19,945 nt of DNA. Origin: an uncultured bacterium (GTDB lineage Bacteria > CSSED10-310 > CAZUFC01). The DNA is taken from the NCBI GenBank assembly GCA_964619725.1, contig CAZUFC010000138.1, positions 1 to 19,945 of the forward strand, read 5' to 3'. This document shows positions 16,201-19,945 of the stretch, one piece after another; position 1 is the first letter of the stretch; each line of letters opens with the position of its first letter. The position numbers and the translations under genes were made by a program. Under the pieces are notes generated by a model, which worked only from the letters and a program-made list of their open reading frames with translations, did not search any database and was not told the origin of the DNA.

Positions 16201-18336
16201 GATCAGCAACAAAGCCGTCAATGCCGCTTCACTGTTGGAGTCTTTGAATCCGGGCATGGGTTTCAGCAGATTGGCCTTGGCCGCAATGATGAATTCGTAA
16301 CCCGGAATCGTCAGCATAACGACCCCTTTCAGGTTCAACGTCCAACCCGTGTCAAACGAAGTGCCTACGGTCATTCCCAGTCCGAAAGCATAATTGTCCG
16401 GCAAAGGCGTCCATTTAACGGGATGCAGCACGTCGAAAGCCCCCTGACCGGGAGAAGGCTTGTACCAGTGATGATACCAGTTGAAATCATCGCCGTGATC
16501 GCCGGTTATCAGCTTGTTAGGCGCAACGTTGATCCCGGCCAGTCCGCAAAAACCGTAAATGCTGGACGCTCCTATAAAGGGAATTCCCGATGGAAAACCG
16601 ATGTCCAGGGCCAGGTAAAAAAACTTCTCGCCGGCAAATTCTCCGAACATGATATTGGCCTGACCGCTGATTTTCCAGGCAATTATGTCCACCCCTATAC
16701 GGCCCCGATATATCACGGGCGAATCGTCCGCCATACCGTAAGGGTCCGGCGCCGTCGTCATTCCCACAAAACCCTCCACGGAAATGATCTCGGCTATGGT
16801 GAATTGAAGCCCTATGCCGTCGAATTCAACATAAGGGTCGCCGCTGCCGCCGAAATATATTTTTAATCCCGATACCGACGTTCCCGCAGGAATCCCTTCG
16901 ATCAACTTCACGCCGGCATCCAGTCCGATCCAATAACCGTCGTCAGCCTGACCGAATCCATAACGGCTCACCGTTATTTCGCACGGACCCAGGCGATGAC
17001 TTATCTCTTCGCTCAATGTTATCCATACGCCCAGAGGCAGTATAACCTCAAATTCCGGCGTTATCTGAAAAACCAGCTCGCGGCATCCCAGCTCAACACC
17101 GCCCAGCAAATCGCCCGTCACGACAGCGGATTCATCGAATTTTAAATCTCCGGTTAATATGATGTCCAGGTATTTCGTCGTTTCATCCCCACGCGACGGA
17201 TCGAAATCATGACGCACGCCTATGCCCGTGATGTTCAAATCGGCAATGTAAAGAGGAAGAACAAGCCCCTCGCCGGGAGTCCCCGCATCAGGCTGCTGCG
17301 AGGACAAACCTGCGCTCCATCCCAGCGCATCATACCCCGAAAGCAGATCATGCGTTTTGTAATGCAAACCGGCATCGAAATACAAAACAGCATCTTCAAA
17401 AAATTCAAGCTTGACCGCAAATTGTATCAGCCCCTTAACCAGAGCGCCGGACTGAAAACCGACGGTGAAGGAGCGCAATGCGAACACGCGGCCTGACATT
17501 GAAGGCGCAGCATCCCACAAAACATAAGTCTCGCCCGAAACACCCGAATCGGATATATACCAGTTCTCCAGGCTGAGCGATACCGGAAGCTCTTCCCATA
17601 ACTGCTTCAAGCCGTACAAGGACAAACTCCGGAAAAATATCCCCTTCCAGCCCGCCGGCAATTCCACTCCCTCAGGAAGAAAATCAGGAACATTATCCGA
17701 TTCGCTGAAATCGAAAACCACGTCCTCCGCCTTTATCACCAGTTGCGTGTCTCCAACAAATACATAATCCAGGTCCAACTGCGGAAGTGAACCGAACGTT
17801 AAGCCGGACTCAGTAGAAATATTCAAACTCGTCGTAAAAACAAACTCGGCATAACTCCCATCAGGAGCCGGATCGAATCCCTTTCCCAGATCATTCGCAT
17901 CCTTCGGAACCGCCGGCGTCAGAATATCCCGCCCGAAACGGAGTTTTACCTCAATCTCAGGAAAATGCACAGCGTAAGGCGGCATCAGCAAATCAAAATC
18001 AACCCGCAAGGAATCGTCGTCCCACTCTTCTTCAATATCGACGACATCCCGGCCCAGCTTCAATTCAACAGGAAAAACGGTCAGCCCGCCGCCGGCATCG
18101 CCCAGAACAAGAAAAACGCCCTTCAGTCCGGGTATTTCAAATGACAATTCACCCTCTACCGCCATTCTCCCCAACACAGTAAAATACCCGTCATGCTCAA
18201 TCGTCCGGAATGTCCGAAATCCAATCCCCTGGAACAACAACGGGTTCATCCCAGGAATATTCGACAAGGGCAGCAAATCAAAAGGCCAGTAAGGCAATAA
18301 ATCAGGATAAGGCACGAAATACTTGTCCGCAACCAT
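13270..18336 (-). CDS. Giant beta-rich protein (~1688 aa), DUF6603-like central region plus a C-terminal Ig-like (SbsA/Big_5-like) segment
   Basis: Start moved from 18438 to ATG 18336 (MVADKYF; upstream AAAGGCGGAG). Long Gly/aromatic amphipathic strand run ending GFGLGLHASLAAQGPEPFKLKG..LPWPLPDVKVDVELNWG, which I recall as DUF6603-like. WTYPADGAVPVYPNHDLQVSFNR resembles the start of an SbsA-type Ig domain. The ORF is certain; the family assignment is tentative. Confidence 0.75.
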   Translation of the reverse strand: MVADKYFVPYPDLLPYWPFDLLPLSNIPGMNPLLFQGIGFRTFRTIEHDGYFTVLGRMAVEGELSFEIPGLKGVFLVLGDAGGGLTVFPVELKLGRDVVDIEEEWDDDSLRVDFDLLMPPYAVHFPEIEVKLRFGRDILTPAVPKDANDLGKGFDPAPDGSYAEFVFTTSLNISTESGLTFGSLPQLDLDYVFVGDTQLVIKAEDVVFDFSESDNVPDFLPEGVELPAGWKGIFFRSLSLYGLKQLWEELPVSLSLENWYISDSGVSGETYVLWDAAPSMSGRVFALRSFTVGFQSGALVKGLIQFAVKLEFFEDAVLYFDAGLHYKTHDLLSGYDALGWSAGLSSQQPDAGTPGEGLVLPLYIADLNITGIGVRHDFDPSRGDETTKYLDIILTGDLKFDESAVVTGDLLGGVELGCRELVFQITPEFEVILPLGVWITLSEEISHRLGPCEITVSRYGFGQADDGYWIGLDAGVKLIEGIPAGTSVSGLKIYFGGSGDPYVEFDGIGLQFTIAEIISVEGFVGMTTAPDPYGMADDSPVIYRGRIGVDIIAWKISGQANIMFGEFAGEKFFYLALDIGFPSGIPFIGASSIYGFCGLAGINVAPNKLITGDHGDDFNWYHHWYKPSPGQGAFDVLHPVKWTPLPDNYAFGLGMTVGTSFDTGWTLNLKGVVMLTIPGYEFIIAAKANLLKPMPGFKDSNSEAALTALLLIDFDDGLFQLSIEFDYRIPESGILFDMHADAEVYFDADSSSNWHIYAGRYAPPEKRIRSKVLKLSGWEAYLMLDGAGLKLGDLQLSGISFAAGGKMGFDERWKLGPVRVVIAAWFAFDAALSSEPFFLFGQVTAHGELSFKIWGFGFGLGLHASLAAQGPEPFKLKGMVRATLGLPWPLPDVKVDVELNWGDAEGLPEPLNPLVENMSLESSLIGYSERVYSRTEQYDPAAELPMDGRIIIAFRTPMAAEWEPAVHPSHDPEPDQVGDKFYRYILEEIFITVEPLDPELREETGEYNLEETLTAEWVPQIGDSNGPASDRLALFELNPFSPILSNVGWPEARIDAAWIDSFLHLYPAYPCGEEVSAEPVCIRFDEYESDAYDPTLNHETDDGLKSTFRAFPYEGSGLVNEQIFPFSAINPMEVREADPRIRQTGKYLLLTELLAMNRPEAEFCRQNICGVRIEVPLSNMLSGHIIFDTKYQSGILLLRLGKNVVHNYEITRHEFEVKLEDKEFDNVILWFRSLLPTVEKIDHVFERPSLYELCYMPLSRIRAEEKQEEMRVALGRKLALLDKAASEENLEEPTGSCLIHEPNSIYKIRIKHRADIFNDADDINGPPHASTPTREETFEIRTSGPPADISPYVEWTYPADGAVPVYPNHDLQVSFNRIYVEAMYRKAGEGLHARVFDMDGREVDAERYLEKSEHPALTPENEIYVDTLSEADCMQLDLTKIPSNDRIRISALIQPATQYQVKLYGDKLRKSLFEFQFTTSLYGSFNDHIEAFDKKSWSVVMESMEKSLLNAVMAEAESFDEEDVFSEDQAFRNIWFEHLGLANDPDAEKPEITTVWDRMPNERYRRKMLLFKSPEPLFNRKRVSFKLKRLVRRTVSLRGREFSMNVWQTVNCRAVRTADETRCFIIPVVTVGGNNRVGDLPQGSYRMKFIYRMTDVDGERDLKIKGVEDDLEANLRFRLTETPEKEID

Positions 18337-18433
18337 GCTCTCCGCCTTTGAATAGAGTAAAAGAAAATGAAAATTGAATCCTGAAAAAAATATCGAAACG
18401 TTCGTAAACCCGAAGACCATCCACTGAAAGAGG

Positions 18434-18648
18434 GGCATTGATCAAAAATGCGTCTTTTGAGGTTACAATTCGAAATAATATCTCATCATTTTGTTTCGAT
18501 TGCGATTGAGACCCCGATGCCGACCCCGATACCGATGCCGATGCCGATACCAATCCAGACCCCGAACTCAAAACCGAACCCGAACCCGATTACTGAAACA
18601 ACCTGTAAAAAGTTTTGAAAGAAGTGTAACCCCGGTCTGATCAGTCCC
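18434..18648. mobile_element. 215-bp MITE-like element A with an 8-bp target-site duplication
   Basis: Ends GGCATTGATCA / TGATCAGTCCC (9 of 11 inverted match). Flanked by direct repeat GAAAGAGG at 18426-18433 and 18649-18656. Subterminal GGTTACA boxes at both ends. No transposase. Confidence 0.75.
18495..18590. repeat. Degenerate hexamer tandem repeat (NCCGAT-like, 16 units) inside element A
   Basis: ttcgat tgcgat tgagac cccgat gccgac cccgat accgat gccgat gccgat accaat ccagac cccgaa ctcaaa accgaa cccgaa cccgat. Confidence 0.9.
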
Positions 18649-18758
18649 GAAAGAGGCTTATTAACCAAAACCCTGAGTAAGTTTCCAGGACAGGAAGGAA
18701 CCGCCGAAGCATTGGGGATAAGAAATAATTCCATTAATCAAATCGGATAGCCTTTTGT

Positions 18759-18787
18759 ACAATGGCATTAATTTCAAAAAAAGGCAA
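18759..18787 (-). promoter_or_regulatory. Weak candidate sigma70 promoter pointing toward the three-gene operon
   Basis: Minus strand TTGCCT (18787-18782), 17 bp, CATTGT (18764-18759) preceded by TGn, in an AT-rich context. Confidence 0.25.
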
Positions 18788-18915
18788 GCCGAATCAGAGA
18801 ATCCTGTTTGCAAAATTTATAATCATTGGCATTGACCGGATATCCGTGTTGCGCGGTTACAATTTGCACGGTCTTTAACAATTGAGAAGCTTTGAAAATC
18901 TTATAAAGACATTAC

Positions 18916-19154
18916 GGGACTGATCAAATAAGGGTTACAAATTGTGATCTCGATATTCAAAAAGAACTTTCGTGCTCAGCGGAGCGGCGCTCGTGCTCGT
19001 AATCGATCGCTTCAAATGATTGTCCTACTTTAATTTCAAACGACTGTACAGATCAGGCCAATGTTTCGATTATGATTACCGCTGCACTGAGCACGAGCAC
19101 AAAGGATTCAAACTCAGAATTGTAACCCTGACATGGCCATTTTTGATCAGCGCC
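18916..19154. mobile_element. 239-bp MITE-like element B, same end family as A, in inverted orientation
   Basis: Left end GGGACTGATCA-N6-GGTTACA. Right end (reverse complement) GGCGCTGATCAAAAATG-N10-GGTTACAATTC, same spacing as the left end of A. Internal imperfect inverted repeat. No target-site duplication seen. Confidence 0.65.
18968..19104. repeat. Imperfect inverted repeat pair (GTGCTC/GAGCAC-rich) inside element B
   Basis: Left arm TCGTGCTCAGCGGAGCGG..CGTAATCGA versus the reverse complement of the right arm, TCGTGCTCAGTGCAGCGGTAATCATAATCGA; about 60-bp spacer. Confidence 0.7.
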
Positions 19155-19278
19155 CCGATACGATACCGATCCCGACGACGATACCGATACCGATTGCGAT
19201 ACCGATACCGACCCCGATCCCGGAACCGATTGCGATACAGACCCCGATACCGATACCGATACCGATTGTGATGGCGAC
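19155..19278. repeat. Hexamer tandem repeat (ACCGAT consensus, about 20 units)
   Basis: cgataccgatcccgacgacgataccgataccgattgcgataccgataccgaccccgat...accgataccgataccgat. Confidence 0.92.
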
Positions 19279-19491
19279 ACAAATTGTCCAAAATTTTGAA
19301 AGAATTCCCGGCTTGATCAGTCCCGATTTTCTGCAAGAATATTTATGAAATATGCGGTAGAGGCCGAAAACAAAGGAAAGAGGGGGCTGAGTATCTGGAT
19401 TAAGACATGCAGGCGGAAATGATTCTAAAAAATTTTTGACCTGTATAAGATTTCATCGAAATAATGAATTTTTGAAAATCCCAGGATGCGT

Positions 19492-19892
19492 CATACCAAT
19501 GAGCAATGATCTTCTTCAGCCCCGGAAGGGCATATGAACTCCTCAAATCTATTATGCGGACGTCAATACCAATGCGCGACGATCCTCTCAAGCGCCGGAG
19601 GGTAATGCTTGCCCCTCGAGTCTATTATGCGAACGGCAACATCAATGAGCGACGATCCTCTCAAGCGCCGGAGGGTCATACTTGCCCCTCAAGTCTATTA
19701 TGCAGACGGCAATACCAATGCGCGATTATCTTCTCAAGCGCCGGAGGATCATGCTTGCCCCTCAAGTCTATTATGCAGACGGCAACATCAATGTGCGAAA
19801 ATCCGCTTAAGCGCAGGAGGAACATACTTCCTACTAAAATTTATTCATGGGACGATAATATCAATCCGCGACGATCCTCTTAAGCGCCGAAG
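19492..19892. repeat. 73-bp tandem repeat array (about 5.5 copies), noncoding
   Basis: The AAGCGC anchor recurs at 19590, 19663, 19736, 19809 and 19882 (degenerate CAGCCC at 19517), an exact 73-bp period. Consensus approx. AATACCAATGCGCGACGATCCTCTCAAGCGCCGGAGGGTCATRCTTGCCCCTCAAGTCTATTATGCAGACGGC. Confidence 0.93.
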
Positions 19893-19945
19893 GCGCGTTA
19901 TGTGAAAGCCTACGGTATCGCTCACAATACCAATATCAAGTTAAT

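Larger units (their letters stand above)
18828..19324. mobile_element. Degenerate MITE-like element C (same orientation as A), apparently interrupted by element B
   Basis: 18828-18865 matches the left end of A (18434-18471) at 28 of 38 positions without gaps. The right end TTTTGAAAGAA..CCCGG..TGATCAGTCCC (to 19324) matches the right end of A and follows a hexamer tract. No target-site duplication seen. Confidence 0.5.

Noticed and set aside
1842-17496. Many plus-strand and alternate-frame ORFs of 60-238 aa
   Set aside because: All are shadows inside long motif-bearing minus-strand genes and show no recognisable domains.
6502-18336. T6SS, eCIS or prophage tail locus
   Set aside because: No recognisable sheath, tube, VgrG, PAAR, baseplate or phage genes in the window.
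18337-18438. Longer start (MPLFQW...) for the 1722-aa ORF, which could mimic a hydrophobic signal peptide
   Set aside because: That ATG lies inside the MITE terminus with no RBS. The ATG at 18336 has an RBS-like AAGGCGGAG, and the extra residues are just translated T-rich intergenic DNA.
18302-18734. A ~69-aa ORF restored by removing MITE A (…NKPLS joined to VDGLRV…)
   Set aside because: It stays in frame after excision, but it has no recognisable motif or clear RBS and overlaps the start of the giant gene; probably chance.
18302-19348. Short ORFs rich in SVSV, IPIP, RYRY or GIGI
   Set aside because: They are translations of the hexamer repeats in several frames, with no coding evidence.
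19492-19892. CRISPR array
   Set aside because: The 73-bp period is CRISPR-like, but the whole unit is conserved with no unique spacers, and no cas genes are present in the window.
19400-19905. ORFs across the 73-bp array
   Set aside because: The unit length is not a multiple of 3, so the peptides cycle through reading frames, as expected for a noncoding repeat.

Overview
Bacterial accessory region with six genes, all on the minus strand, followed by a repeat-rich noncoding end. Left block (1-6227, AT-richer by eye): a signalling cluster with a 1612-aa hybrid histidine kinase (atypical receiver, about 7 GAF domains, HisKA/HATPase), a stand-alone atypical receiver, and a receiver fused to a probable kinase-like domain (cut by the window edge and missing from the ORF track). 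Middle block (6502-18336, GC-richer by eye): a tightly coupled three-gene operon encoding a ~1690-aa beta-rich DUF6603-like protein, a 1270-aa multi-FN3 protein, and a two-HKD phospholipase D with a ~410-aa N-terminal extension that looks like an inactive M23-type fold. None has an obvious signal peptide. This operon is the best candidate for an undescribed system. Right block (18426-19945): three related MITE-like elements, one with a clean 8-bp target-site duplication and two apparently nested, plus a 73-bp tandem array with 146-bp higher-order periodicity. All domain names come from motif recognition by eye, not from database searches.
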